A stretch of DNA of 64,000 nucleotides from Meiothermus sp. (GTDB taxonomy: Bacteria; Deinococcota; Deinococci; Deinococcales; Thermaceae): contig JANRLD010000094.1 of NCBI GenBank assembly GCA_033762915.1, forward strand, positions 1 to 64,000, given 5' to 3'. Under the pieces are notes generated by a model. That model saw only the letters and a program-made list of their open reading frames with translations. It was not told the DNA's origin and searched no databases. Below are positions 53,131-62,937 of this stretch, in pieces. The position numbers were made by a program, and so were the translations under genes. Each line of letters starts with the position of its first letter. The stretch's first letter is position 1.

Positions 53131-53333
53131 AACGTTCTCCTGTCAGGTGATTTTTCCGGAGCCACATAACCCTACTGCCCTCGGCGTTATAGCCGCGTTA
53201 CTTTATCCCCGCACGTAATCTCGAACCCCTATCAGGCCGCCGCTCACCCTCTCCGGCGATTCGGGCAATCCCGTCTTATCTCACACCTCCCTTCTCATGA
53301 GGGGCGGTAGACTCGGAATCTGGAGGTATAACT

Positions 53334-53939
53334 ATGAGCTATCCATTCAAGCTGCCCGACCTTGGCTACGCCAAGGACGCCCTCGAGCCGCACATCGACA
53401 CCCAGACCATGGAGATTCACCACGGCAAGCACCACAACGCCTACGTGACCAACCTCAACGCGGCCCTCGAGAAGCACCCCGAGATTCAGGGCTGGAGCCT
53501 CGAGGACCTGCTGGGCAAGATCGCCCAGGTGCCTGAGGACATCCGGGGCGCGGTGCGCAACAACGGCGGCGGCCACCACAACCACGCCCTGTTCTGGGAC
53601 ATCCTGACCCCCGGCGGCTCCTCCGCCCCCACCGGCAAGCTGGCCGAGGCCATCAACGCCACCTTCGGCTCCTTCGACGAGCTTAAGAAGCAGATGACCA
53701 CCGCCGGGACCACCCGCTTCGGCTCGGGCTGGAGCTGGCTGGTCAAGGACGGCAGCGGCAAGCTGGCCATCTACAGCACCGCCAACCAGGACAGCCCCCT
53801 GATGGAAGGCCACACCCCCCTGCTGGGCATCGACGTGTGGGAGCACGCCTACTACCTCAAGTACCAGAACCGCCGACCCGACTACCTGGGTGCGATCTGG
53901 AACGTGATCAACTGGGACAAGGTGGCCAGCCGGTTCTAG
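53334..53939 (+). CDS. sodA: superoxide dismutase, probably Mn type
   Basis: [29 protein letters not shown]. Confidence 0.95.
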   Translation: MSYPFKLPDLGYAKDALEPHIDTQTMEIHHGKHHNAYVTNLNAALEKHPEIQGWSLEDLLGKIAQVPEDIRGAVRNNGGGHHNHALFWDILTPGGSSAPTGKLAEAINATFGSFDELKKQMTTAGTTRFGSGWSWLVKDGSGKLAIYSTANQDSPLMEGHTPLLGIDVWEHAYYLKYQNRRPDYLGAIWNVINWDKVASRF

Positions 53940-53967
53940 GGGCTGCCGAAAGCCAAAGACCAAAAAG

Positions 53968-53991
53968 AAACCGCCCGGTTCGGGCGGTTTT
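53968..53991 (+). terminator. intrinsic terminator after sodA, possibly bidirectional
   Basis: AAACCGCCCG-GTT-CGGGCGGTTTTT. Confidence 0.8.
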
Positions 53992-54025
53992 TGTCTGGCT
54001 CGAGGCCCGCCCCACCGGCGGGCGG

Positions 54026-54193
54026 TCAGTCCTGCTCCTTCTCCCCGGTTTCGCCCTCGCCCGCGGTGGGCGTTTCGCCGGCCGTCTCGGCCTCGGCGAC
54101 TGGGGACTTACGCTGAGCCTTCTCGGCCTTCTTCTTTTGCTTCTCGAGTTCCCGCTGGCGCTTCTGGAATTTGTAATTCGGCTTGGCGGCCAT
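54026..54193 (-). CDS. small 55-aa basic/acidic protein not in the ORF track
   Basis: MAAKPNYKFQKRQRELEKQKKKAEKAQRKSPVAEAETAGETPTAGEGETGEKEQD*; host-like codons; AAGGGTG upstream. Confidence 0.7.
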   Translation of the reverse strand: MAAKPNYKFQKRQRELEKQKKKAEKAQRKSPVAEAETAGETPTAGEGETGEKEQD

Positions 54194-54389
54194 ACTCAAC
54201 ACCCTTTCGAGCGACCCTCAATCCAGCGCCCCGACGGCCAACGCCAGGCCGGGTGCCGTGTGCAGGCGGCTACGCTAGAGCATACCCGCTCAGCCTAAGC
54301 CCGCCCAGTGCTGCCCGGGCCTCCAGCGCCGTAGGGATTTTGGACGCGCCGATGGGGAGCGCGTGGCCAACCTGTGGTCAGCCGCGCCC

Positions 54390-55322
54390 TCAGCCCAGAA
54401 TCGCCCGCACCTCGGCCAGCTCGTCGGCGGTCATCTTCCAGTCGGCGGCCTTAACGTTCTGCTCGAGCTGCTCAACCTTGGTGGCCCCCGCGATCACGCT
54501 CGAGACCACTGGGTTCATGGCCAGCCAGCTGAAGGCCAGCTCGAGCAGGGTGCGGCCCTTGGACTGGCAGAAGGCTTGCAGCTTGTCCACGGTGTCGAGG
54601 TTCTTCTCGGTCATGAACTCGTTGGCCAGCTGCTGCGACTTGGTCAGGCGCGCACCCTCGGGCATATCGGTGCCGCGAGCGTACTTGCCGGTGAGCAGGC
54701 CACTGGCCAGGGGGAAGTAGGGCAGCAGGCCCAGGCCGTGATGACGCATGGCGGGCACCAGCTCAGGCTCGACCTTGCGCACCAGCAGGCTGTACTCGTC
54801 CTGGCAGGAGACGATGGGCTCGAGGCCCATCTCCCTGGCGATCCAGCGGGCCTCGGTCACCTGCCAGGCCGGCATGTTGGAGACGCCGATGTAGCGCACG
54901 GTGCCCTGGCGCACCAGGTCGTTGAGGGTGCTGAGGGTCTCCTCGAGAGGCGTCTCGGGGTCGGGGCGGTGGAGCTGGTAGAGGTCGAGGTAGTCGGTCT
55001 TGAGGCGCTTAAGGCTGGCCGCGATGGCCTTGTGGATATAGCGCCTCGAGGCACCCTTGTCGGTAGGGCTCATCTCCCAGCCGAACTTGGTGGCCAGCAC
55101 GATGTTGTCGCGCTCGGAGCCCAGGTAGTCACCCAGGATAGTCTCGGAGCCCCCTTTGTTGCCGTAGGTGTCGGCGGTGTCGAAGAGGGTGATGCCGAGG
55201 TCGAGGGCCTTTCGGATTACTGCCCTCGAGCCCTCCACGTCCACCCGCCCCCCGAAGTTGTTGCACCCGATGCCGACCAGCGAAACCTTCAGACCCGAGT
55301 TGCCCAGACGACGCTGTTCCAT
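54390..55322 (-). CDS. aldo/keto reductase
   Basis: LGNSGLKVS, FDTADTYG, ATKFG, DLYQLH, YIGVSN. Confidence 0.95.
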   Translation of the reverse strand: MEQRRLGNSGLKVSLVGIGCNNFGGRVDVEGSRAVIRKALDLGITLFDTADTYGNKGGSETILGDYLGSERDNIVLATKFGWEMSPTDKGASRRYIHKAIAASLKRLKTDYLDLYQLHRPDPETPLEETLSTLNDLVRQGTVRYIGVSNMPAWQVTEARWIAREMGLEPIVSCQDEYSLLVRKVEPELVPAMRHHGLGLLPYFPLASGLLTGKYARGTDMPEGARLTKSQQLANEFMTEKNLDTVDKLQAFCQSKGRTLLELAFSWLAMNPVVSSVIAGATKVEQLEQNVKAADWKMTADELAEVRAILG

Positions 55323-55431
55323 AGGGTTCAAATATACCCTCAAACGCCCGCCCGAATGCAAGCGGCTGGCAAAAGGGCTCGAGTTGTCTTATTCCGAAAA
55401 GCGCGACAAAAACGGGGCAAACGCCCTCTCA

Positions 55432-55492
55432 TTGACTTTTGGTCTGCGGTGTCATAAACTCCTGGTCATTCTTTGAATGCTGCATGCAGCAT
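55432..55492 (+). promoter_or_regulatory. sigma70-type promoter and palindromic operator upstream of the GntR operon
   Basis: TTGACT-N17-TAAACT (55432-55460); perfect palindrome ATGCTGCATGCAGCAT (55477-55492). Confidence 0.7.
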
Positions 55493-55518
55493 CCAGCGTG
55501 CAGGGAAAGGGGCGGCGG

Positions 55519-56211
55519 ATGGTTTCGCGGGGCTTGGCGCTCAGGGATCAGGTCTATAACCACATCCGAGACCGCATAGTGAGCGGAGAACTCGAGCCGG
55601 GCCACACCCTGGTCGAGGTCGAGGTCGCGGCCGAGCTGAACGTCAGCCGCACGCCGGTCTCCAACGCCCTGGTGATGCTGCGGGAGCGCGGGCTACTGGA
55701 GGACGACGGCGGTAAGCCTCGAGTCCCGGTGCTCCGGCTTTTCGACGTCATCGACCTCTACTGGTGCCGCATGGGGCTCGACGGCATCGCCGCCCGGCTG
55801 GCCGCCGAGAAGATCGGTGCCAGAGAGGCCAAGGTGCTGGAGAAGTACCTGCGCGCCTGGGAGTCCCCGCAACGCGAGGACGACCTGTCGGCGCTGTGGG
55901 TGAGTGACCTCAATTTCCACCAGCACATCTACAAGGTGGCCGGCAACGCGCACCTCAGCCGCTTCTCCGAGATGACCGTGGAGCTGGCCTCGGTCTACCG
56001 CCGCAACACCATCCGCCGCATGACCGACCCCAGCAGCGGTACCAGCCGCTCCCGCGACGACGTGCGCGCCGAGCACCAGGCCATCTTCGAGGCCATCGTG
56101 CACCGACAGCCAGACCAGGCCGAGGAGGCCGCCCGTCAGCATATCCGCATGGTGATTAAGCACCTGGGGCAAGCCGACATGGTAATCAAGCCGGAACAGG
56201 TGGGGTTATGA
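55519..56211 (+). CDS. GntR (FadR/FCD) transcriptional regulator
   Basis: IVSGELEPG...LNVSRTPV; DLNFH...EHQAI...HI. Confidence 0.93.
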   Translation: MVSRGLALRDQVYNHIRDRIVSGELEPGHTLVEVEVAAELNVSRTPVSNALVMLRERGLLEDDGGKPRVPVLRLFDVIDLYWCRMGLDGIAARLAAEKIGAREAKVLEKYLRAWESPQREDDLSALWVSDLNFHQHIYKVAGNAHLSRFSEMTVELASVYRRNTIRRMTDPSSGTSRSRDDVRAEHQAIFEAIVHRQPDQAEEAARQHIRMVIKHLGQADMVIKPEQVGL

Positions 56212-57023
56212 GCAAGCGTAAACAGACCGCGCAACACAGGCCGCCGCACGGGAGAGAGGGCTGGCTCGAGGGCAAAGTCGCCGTCGTCACCGGCGCGGGC
56301 AACGGGATGGGCCGGGCCACGGCGGTGCTGTTTGCCAAAGAGGGCGCGAAGGTCGTGATCGGCGACGTGGACAAGAGGGGCGGCAAGAGCGCCGTAGAGG
56401 AGATTAAGGACTTGGGCGGAGAAGCCGCCTTCGTGGCCTGCGACGTGAGCAAAGAGGCCGACGTGGCCCGGCTCATCGGCACCGCCAAGCGCAAGTACGG
56501 CGGGCTGAACACCATCTTCAACAACGCGGGCATCGAGCAGCCGGTCACGCCCAGCCACGAAGTGAGCGAGGAGCTGTTCGACCGGGTGATCGGCATCAAC
56601 CTCAAGGGCACCTTTTTTGGCTGCAAGCACGCGATTCCCCTGCTGCGCAAAGCGGGCGGCGGGACGATCGTGAACAACTCGAGCGTCAGCGCGTTCGCCA
56701 ACGTCGGGGGCAACATCTCCTACGGCTCCTCCAAGGGCGCGATCATGTCCATGACGCGGATTCTGGCGATCGAGTATGCCCGGGAGAACATCCGGGTCAA
56801 CGCTATCTGCCCCGGCGTGATCGACACCCCCATGAACCAGCGCAACCTCGAGAAGGCCGACGACCAGGACGCGGTGCGGGAGAAGTGGATGGCGGTCACG
56901 CCGCTGGGCCGGATGGGGACGCCCGAGGAGATCGCCCGTACGGTGCTCTACCTGGCCTCCGACATGAGCTCCTTCACCACCGGCATTGGGCTGCTGATCG
57001 ACGGCGGGCGGGTGGCGACGTGA
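56208..57023 (+). CDS. short-chain dehydrogenase/reductase
   Basis: TGAGNGMG, NNAG, YGSSKG. Confidence 0.93.
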   Translation: MSKRKQTAQHRPPHGREGWLEGKVAVVTGAGNGMGRATAVLFAKEGAKVVIGDVDKRGGKSAVEEIKDLGGEAAFVACDVSKEADVARLIGTAKRKYGGLNTIFNNAGIEQPVTPSHEVSEELFDRVIGINLKGTFFGCKHAIPLLRKAGGGTIVNNSSVSAFANVGGNISYGSSKGAIMSMTRILAIEYARENIRVNAICPGVIDTPMNQRNLEKADDQDAVREKWMAVTPLGRMGTPEEIARTVLYLASDMSSFTTGIGLLIDGGRVAT

Positions 57024-57754
57024 AGCTCGAAAACAAGGTGTGCATCGTGACCGGGGCCGCGAGGGGCATCGGGCGGGCCGTGGCGAGGGCCTTCGCAGCC
57101 GAGGGAGCGGTCGTCTACGGCGCGGACCGGGTGGCGGGCGAGCTCGAGGCCGAGATGAAGGCCCTGCGTGACAAGGGGCTGTGGGCGGTCGGGGTTCCGA
57201 CCGACCTGATGAATCCGGACGACATCCAGGCCCTGGTGGACCGGGTGGTCGCCGACCAGGGGCGCGTGGACGTACTCGCCAACGTGGCGGGCGTGATCGA
57301 GGTGAAGCACCTGGAGGAGACCACGCTCGAGGACTGGGACACCATCCTGGCCATCAACCTGCGTGCGCCGTTCCTGACCTGCAGGGCCGTCGCGCCCGTA
57401 ATGCGGCGGCAGGGCTCGGGCTCGATCATGAACGTCTCGAGCCGGGCGGGCGTGATGGGCTTCGCGGACGAGATCGCCTATTGCGCCTCGAAGTGGGGTT
57501 TAGAGGGCTTGTCCCGCTCGATCGCGCTCGACCTCGAGCCCCACGGCATCGCCGTCAACACCATCACCCCCGGCACCCCCACCCACACCTCGATGAGCGA
57601 GAAGACCTACTCCGAGGAGACCCGAAAAGTCTGGCGCGACCCCGCCGAGATCGCCCCCGCTTTCGTGCATCTGGCCCTGCAGACCCCGCAGGGCCTCCAC
57701 AACCGCTACGTCAACGCCTGGGAGCTCTCCCAGCAGCTCAAGGAGCCCGCGTGA
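57020..57754 (+). CDS. short-chain dehydrogenase/reductase
   Basis: TGAARGIG, YCASK; GTG start overlaps the previous stop. Confidence 0.92.
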   Translation: MKLENKVCIVTGAARGIGRAVARAFAAEGAVVYGADRVAGELEAEMKALRDKGLWAVGVPTDLMNPDDIQALVDRVVADQGRVDVLANVAGVIEVKHLEETTLEDWDTILAINLRAPFLTCRAVAPVMRRQGSGSIMNVSSRAGVMGFADEIAYCASKWGLEGLSRSIALDLEPHGIAVNTITPGTPTHTSMSEKTYSEETRKVWRDPAEIAPAFVHLALQTPQGLHNRYVNAWELSQQLKEPA

Positions 57755-59028
57755 GGGCCTTCATCGTGGGCCAAATTCTTGACGGCAACGGCGGAAAGCC
57801 GCTGGTGAACGGGGTGCTGCTGGAAGACCGGGGGCGCATCGTGGGCGTGGGGGCGCGCGGCGCGGTCGCCGTTCCCGAGCACGCCCAGGTCGTCGAGGCG
57901 CCCAACGCCACGCTGTTGCCTGGCCTGATGGACACCCACGTCCACCTCGCCTACAGCGGCTCGCCCAGCGTCGGGGCCTTCCGGGCCGAGGCCAGCGAGC
58001 AGTCCTACCCGCTGCTGGCGCTCCGCGCTGCCAAGCACGCGAGAGAGACGCTGGAGTGGGGCTTCACCGCGGTGCGCGACCTCAACGCCCCCGGCGGGGT
58101 GATTATTGACCTAGCCAGGGCGGTCAACCTCGGCTATGTGCGGGGCTCCCGCATCAAGGCCTGCGGCCTGGGCCTCTCGGCCACCGGCGGGCACATGGAC
58201 CCGCCCGGCTGGGGCGACCACGTCCGCTTCGAGGGCATGACCCTCCCCTGCGACGGCCCGGACGCCTTCCGGCGCGGCGTGCGCGAACAGGTCAAGCGCG
58301 GGGCGGACTTCATCAAGATCAACCTGTGCGTGGGCTCGAGGCGCGACCTCAGCGTGCCCTACCGCCAGGAGATGACCGACGCCGAGATCGAGGCCGCCAT
58401 CGACGAGGCCCACCGCCTCGAGCGCAAGGTCGCCGCGCACACCTCGGGCGGCCCGGCCGTCACCACGGCGGTGGGGATGGGGCTGGACACGGTGGAGCAC
58501 GGGCACTGGGTGGACGAGCGGACCGCCGACCTGATGGCCGAGAAGGGCGCCTACTATATCCCCACCCTGCTGGTCAACGAGCGCAACTTCGACTTCACTC
58601 CCGAGCAGATGGGCGTGAACCAGAAGTCCTGGGCCTGGCTGGAGAAGGCGAGAGAGGACAAGTGGGCCAGCCTGGCGCGGGTCCGCAAGGCGGGCGTTAA
58701 GATCGGCTGCGGTACCGACGCGGGCTTCATGCTGCCGCACGGCCAGATGAACGCCATCGAACTCGAGCTGCTGGTGCGCGGCGGCCTAACCCCGATGGAG
58801 GCCATCGTGGCCGCCACCAAGACCAACGCCGAGCTGATGGAGCTGGACCAGGCTGGCGTGCTGGAGGTGGGCAAGGTCGCCGACTTGGTGTTGGTGGCGG
58901 GAGATCCGCTTGAGGACATCCGGGTGCTGCAGAAACAGGAAAACTTGCGGGTTTTCAAGGATGGCGCCGAGGTGACGCGCCCCGACTTGTTGGCGAAGTG
59001 GTTGAGTACAGAGGGAGTTCTGGCATGA
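57751..59028 (+). CDS. metal-dependent amidohydrolase (Xaa-Pro dipeptidase-like)
   Basis: PGLMDTHVH, GADFIK, VAAH, EHG, GTDAG, GKVADLV. Confidence 0.92.
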   Translation: MRAFIVGQILDGNGGKPLVNGVLLEDRGRIVGVGARGAVAVPEHAQVVEAPNATLLPGLMDTHVHLAYSGSPSVGAFRAEASEQSYPLLALRAAKHARETLEWGFTAVRDLNAPGGVIIDLARAVNLGYVRGSRIKACGLGLSATGGHMDPPGWGDHVRFEGMTLPCDGPDAFRRGVREQVKRGADFIKINLCVGSRRDLSVPYRQEMTDAEIEAAIDEAHRLERKVAAHTSGGPAVTTAVGMGLDTVEHGHWVDERTADLMAEKGAYYIPTLLVNERNFDFTPEQMGVNQKSWAWLEKAREDKWASLARVRKAGVKIGCGTDAGFMLPHGQMNAIELELLVRGGLTPMEAIVAATKTNAELMELDQAGVLEVGKVADLVLVAGDPLEDIRVLQKQENLRVFKDGAEVTRPDLLAKWLSTEGVLA

Positions 59029-60422
59029 GCGACGAAGCCACGCTGCAAAAGGTCTTTGACTACATAGACGCCCACGCCGAGCAGGCGGTGGAGGACTTGC
59101 GCACCTTGTTGCGTCAGCCTGCGGTTAGCGCCCAAAAAATCGGCCTCGAGGACTGCGCCCGCCTGTTGCGCGACCTGATGCACGAAGATGGCGTCAAGGA
59201 CGTGGAAGTCCTGCCCACCGACGGCGGCCCCGAGGTGCTGCTGGGCACCGAGGCCCCCACCAACCCCGACGCCCCCACCCTGCTGTGCTACGGCCACTAC
59301 GACGTGCAGCCGCCCGAGCCGCTGGAACTCTGGCACTCCGACCCCTGGGGCGCCGAGGTACGCGACGGGGTGATCTACGCCCGCGGAGCCACCGACAACA
59401 AGAGCGGCTGCCTGGCCTTCGTGGAGGCCGCCAAGGCCTACCGCGCCGTGACAGGCGGGACGCCTGTGCGTCTGCAGTACCTCTTCGAGGGCGAGGAGGA
59501 GATTGGCTCGCCCCACCTGGAAGACTTCGTTTGGAAATACAAGGACCGCCTCCGCTGCGACGCCTCGATCGGGCTTGACGGCGGGGTGAACCGCACGTCC
59601 CTGCGCCCCGAGGTTCACCTGGGGATCAAGGCCATTCTCTACGTCGAGCTGCGCTGCAAGACGCTCAAGCAGGACACCTGGTCGGGACGCGCCCAGATGC
59701 TCCGCTCCGCGCCCTGGCGGCTCATCGAGTGCCTCACCTCCATCGCCGACCCCACCACCGGAGTCATCAAGGTCGAGGGCTGGTACGACACCCTGATCCC
59801 GCCCGACGAGTGGGACCTGGAGTTCCTGAGGGACGAGCAGCAGTACTTCAACCGGGCCGAGTTCATGCGCCAGATGGGGGCCAAGCACCTCTCCACCGAC
59901 GACGACTTCGAAATCCTTAAGCGGGCGCACTACGGCGCCTCGGCCAACATCTGCGGCTTCGGCTCGGGCTACACCGGCGAGGGCTCCAAGACCATCGTGC
60001 CGGCCGAGGCCGTCGCCAAGATGGACTTCCGCTGCCCGCCCGGCCTCGAGCCGTCCGAGCAGTTCAAGAAGCTGCAAGCCCACCTCGAGAAGCACGGCTT
60101 CGACGACATCGAGCTGGTTTTGATCAACGCCCGCAAAAACCCCTACAAGGTCTCCAGCCGCGAGGCCATCTCCCAGGCCACCTTCCGCGCCGCCGAGCGG
60201 GTCTTCGGGGTCCAGCCCATCGTCCACGGAGTCAGCATCCAGGGCCTGATCATGCTCGCCATCCCCCACCCCGCCGTGCTCTCCGGCTTTGGCGCGCCCG
60301 AGAACAACCTCCACGGCCCCAACGAAAACATGCCCATCGCCCGCTACATCCAAGGCATGAAGTACGCGGCGGCAATCTACCACGAGTACGCACTTGAGAT
60401 GGCAAAGGGGACGGAAAAATGA
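59025..60422 (+). CDS. M20 family metallopeptidase/dipeptidase
   Basis: YGHYDVQP, ARGATDNK, EGEEEIGS, HGPNE. Confidence 0.93.
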   Translation: MSDEATLQKVFDYIDAHAEQAVEDLRTLLRQPAVSAQKIGLEDCARLLRDLMHEDGVKDVEVLPTDGGPEVLLGTEAPTNPDAPTLLCYGHYDVQPPEPLELWHSDPWGAEVRDGVIYARGATDNKSGCLAFVEAAKAYRAVTGGTPVRLQYLFEGEEEIGSPHLEDFVWKYKDRLRCDASIGLDGGVNRTSLRPEVHLGIKAILYVELRCKTLKQDTWSGRAQMLRSAPWRLIECLTSIADPTTGVIKVEGWYDTLIPPDEWDLEFLRDEQQYFNRAEFMRQMGAKHLSTDDDFEILKRAHYGASANICGFGSGYTGEGSKTIVPAEAVAKMDFRCPPGLEPSEQFKKLQAHLEKHGFDDIELVLINARKNPYKVSSREAISQATFRAAERVFGVQPIVHGVSIQGLIMLAIPHPAVLSGFGAPENNLHGPNENMPIARYIQGMKYAAAIYHEYALEMAKGTEK

Positions 60423-60519
60423 TGCGCAGAGAGCAGAGGGCTAAAACAAAACGACCCTCCTTATAGCTCGCCGCTCTCCGCTCTCTGCCACTTCTCTGCT
60501 CTCTGCCAACAGGAGTCCC

Positions 60520-61575
60520 ATGACCCAGTACCTGATACGCCGCGTCCTCCAGGTCATCCCGACCTTTATCGGGGCGACCTTGTTGGCGTTTATCATCATC
60601 CAGCTCACGCCAGGGGACTTCACCGATAGGTTCGCGCTCGACCCCAACGCCGATGCCGAGCAGCTCCAGCGGCTGCGGGAGAACTTCGGGCTGGACGACC
60701 CGATTCTGGTGCAGTACTTCAAGTGGATGTGGGGCATCATCACGGCGGGGTATCTGGGCGAGAGCTTCACCTACCGTGCGCCCGTCACCGACATCATCGT
60801 GCCGCTGATCGTCAACAGCTTCACGCTGGTGCTGATCTCGCTGGTACTGACCTACCTGCTGGCGATCCCGATTGGGATTTACCAGGCGGTGAATCAGTAC
60901 AAGTTCGGCGACCAGGCTTGGTCGTTCTTCTCGGTGGTGGGGCTGGCGATCCCGAACTTCTTCTTCATCCTGCTCTTGATCGTGGGGATTCTGTTCCTGC
61001 AGGCCCCGCTGCGCGAGGTGGCTCAGGGGAACGCCTGGTATAAGCCGATCCTCGACTTCTTCACCTACGACCTGCGCAACGGTCTGATCTTCCCGGTAGG
61101 CGGGATGCGAACCACCGAAATCTACGACGGCCTGACCTGGTGGCAACAGATTGGGGACCGGTTGTGGCACCTGATTCTGCCCACCATCGTGGTGACGACC
61201 GGGGGCCTCTCGAGCCTGGTCCGGGTGGTGCGGGGGCAAGTCCTGGACTTCTTGCAGTCCGACTTTGTGCGCACCGCCAGAGCCAAGGGCCTCAGCCAGC
61301 GGGTGGTAATCTACAAGCACGTCCTCCGCAACGCCATCAGCCCGGTGATCTCCGGCATCGGCACGGTGCTGCCCGAGTTGGTCACGGGGGCCGGACTGGT
61401 AGAGTTCGTCTACCGCTGGCCGGGCATCACGCCGGGCTTCGTGATCGCCATCCAGCAGAAAGACCTCTACGTGGTGATGGGTCTGCTGGTGGTGTCGGCG
61501 ATTCTGCTGATGGTTGGAAACCTGATCTCTGACCTGTTGCTGGCGCTGATTGATCCAAGGATACGGTACTCCTAA
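60520..61575 (+). CDS. peptide ABC transporter permease (OppB-like)
   Basis: YLIRR, GLDDP, FVRTARAKGL, IDPRIRY. Confidence 0.93.
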   Translation: MTQYLIRRVLQVIPTFIGATLLAFIIIQLTPGDFTDRFALDPNADAEQLQRLRENFGLDDPILVQYFKWMWGIITAGYLGESFTYRAPVTDIIVPLIVNSFTLVLISLVLTYLLAIPIGIYQAVNQYKFGDQAWSFFSVVGLAIPNFFFILLLIVGILFLQAPLREVAQGNAWYKPILDFFTYDLRNGLIFPVGGMRTTEIYDGLTWWQQIGDRLWHLILPTIVVTTGGLSSLVRVVRGQVLDFLQSDFVRTARAKGLSQRVVIYKHVLRNAISPVISGIGTVLPELVTGAGLVEFVYRWPGITPGFVIAIQQKDLYVVMGLLVVSAILLMVGNLISDLLLALIDPRIRYS

Positions 61576-62774
61576 TGGAACCTGCCGAGACCAATACACC
61601 CCAACCCTCGAGCGCACCCACTACGCCCTTGCGGACGCTCTCGAGGGGTCAACTGGTGCGGCAGCAGTTCCGCAAGAGCAAGCTGGCGATATTTAGTTTG
61701 TGGGTGCTGGGGATCCTATACGTCCTCGCGGCCTTCGCAGACTTCATCGCGCCCTACGGGGAGGCCGAGTCGTTCTTCCGCGGGGCCATCGACCGCAGCT
61801 TCGCCCCACCCACCAAGATCCACTGGCGCGACCCCGAGACAGGCAGCTTTACCCGGCCTTTCGTGTACAACGTCAAGAGCGAGATCAACCTCGACACCCT
61901 CGAGTTCGAGTTCAAGGAAGACACCAGCACCAAGTACCCCATCCGCTTCTTCACCTCAGGCCAGCCTTACGTCCCCTTCCCGCTCAACCTGATCCCTCAG
62001 ACCTGGCGCAACAACTGGGGATTCAACCCCACCATCACGCTGCGGCTGTTCGGCGTGGACAAGCCCGCGACCCTCTTCCTGTGGGGCGCCGACCGGCTGG
62101 GGCGCGACGTCTTCGGGCGCATCCTGTTCGGGGCCCGCATCACCATGACCATCGGGATCTTCGCGGCGGTGCTGGCGCTGGTGGTGGGCCTAGTGCTGGG
62201 GGCGGTGGCGGGCTACTACGGCGGCTGGCTGGACGACATCATCATGCGAGTGGTGGAGGTGCTCTCCACCATCCCGGCGCTGTTCCTGCTGCTGGCCCTG
62301 CGGGCCCTGTTCCCGCTGGACGCCAAGAGCAGCGTGGTCTTCTTCGTGGTGATCCTGATCCTGGGCCTGATCCGCTGGGGCGGGGTGGCGCGGGCGGTGC
62401 GCGGCCAGGTACTGAGCCTGCGCGAGGAGGACTACGTGATGGCCGCGCGGAGCCTGGGCGCCAGCGACCCCCGCATCATCTTCCGCCACGTGCTGCCCGC
62501 CACCGCCAGCTTCGCCATCGTCAGCTTCAGCCTCCTGATCCCCGGCTTCATCCTCACCGAGTCGGGCCTGTCCTTCCTGGGCCTGGGCATCTCCGACCCC
62601 AACGCGAGCTGGGGCCTGATGCTGGCGGTCGCGCAGGAGGGCGGTATGCAAACCTTCACCAACCGCCCCTGGATGCTGATACCAGGGCTGTTCATCTTCG
62701 TGGTGGTGCTGGCCTTTAACTTCGTGGGCGACGGGCTGCGCGACGCACTCGACCCGAAAGCGAGGAGGGGATGA
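61575..62774 (+). CDS. peptide ABC transporter permease (OppC-like)
   Basis: GADRLGRD, YVMAARSLGAS, GDGLRDALDP. Confidence 0.93.
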   Translation: MEPAETNTPQPSSAPTTPLRTLSRGQLVRQQFRKSKLAIFSLWVLGILYVLAAFADFIAPYGEAESFFRGAIDRSFAPPTKIHWRDPETGSFTRPFVYNVKSEINLDTLEFEFKEDTSTKYPIRFFTSGQPYVPFPLNLIPQTWRNNWGFNPTITLRLFGVDKPATLFLWGADRLGRDVFGRILFGARITMTIGIFAAVLALVVGLVLGAVAGYYGGWLDDIIMRVVEVLSTIPALFLLLALRALFPLDAKSSVVFFVVILILGLIRWGGVARAVRGQVLSLREEDYVMAARSLGASDPRIIFRHVLPATASFAIVSFSLLIPGFILTESGLSFLGLGISDPNASWGLMLAVAQEGGMQTFTNRPWMLIPGLFIFVVVLAFNFVGDGLRDALDPKARRG

Positions 62775-62937
62775 GACATAGTCTAAGCGGGTCGGAGCGG
62801 CCGCCGTGAGGGCCAAAACGACCGAGGGCATCTTAGGTACAAAGGCCATGAGGCCAGAGAGGCGTCGGCAGGGCCGGTTTCACCTCTCCCCTCTTCGCCT
62901 TTTCCACTTTCCCGCTTGCGGTTCTTGAGGAGGAAGT

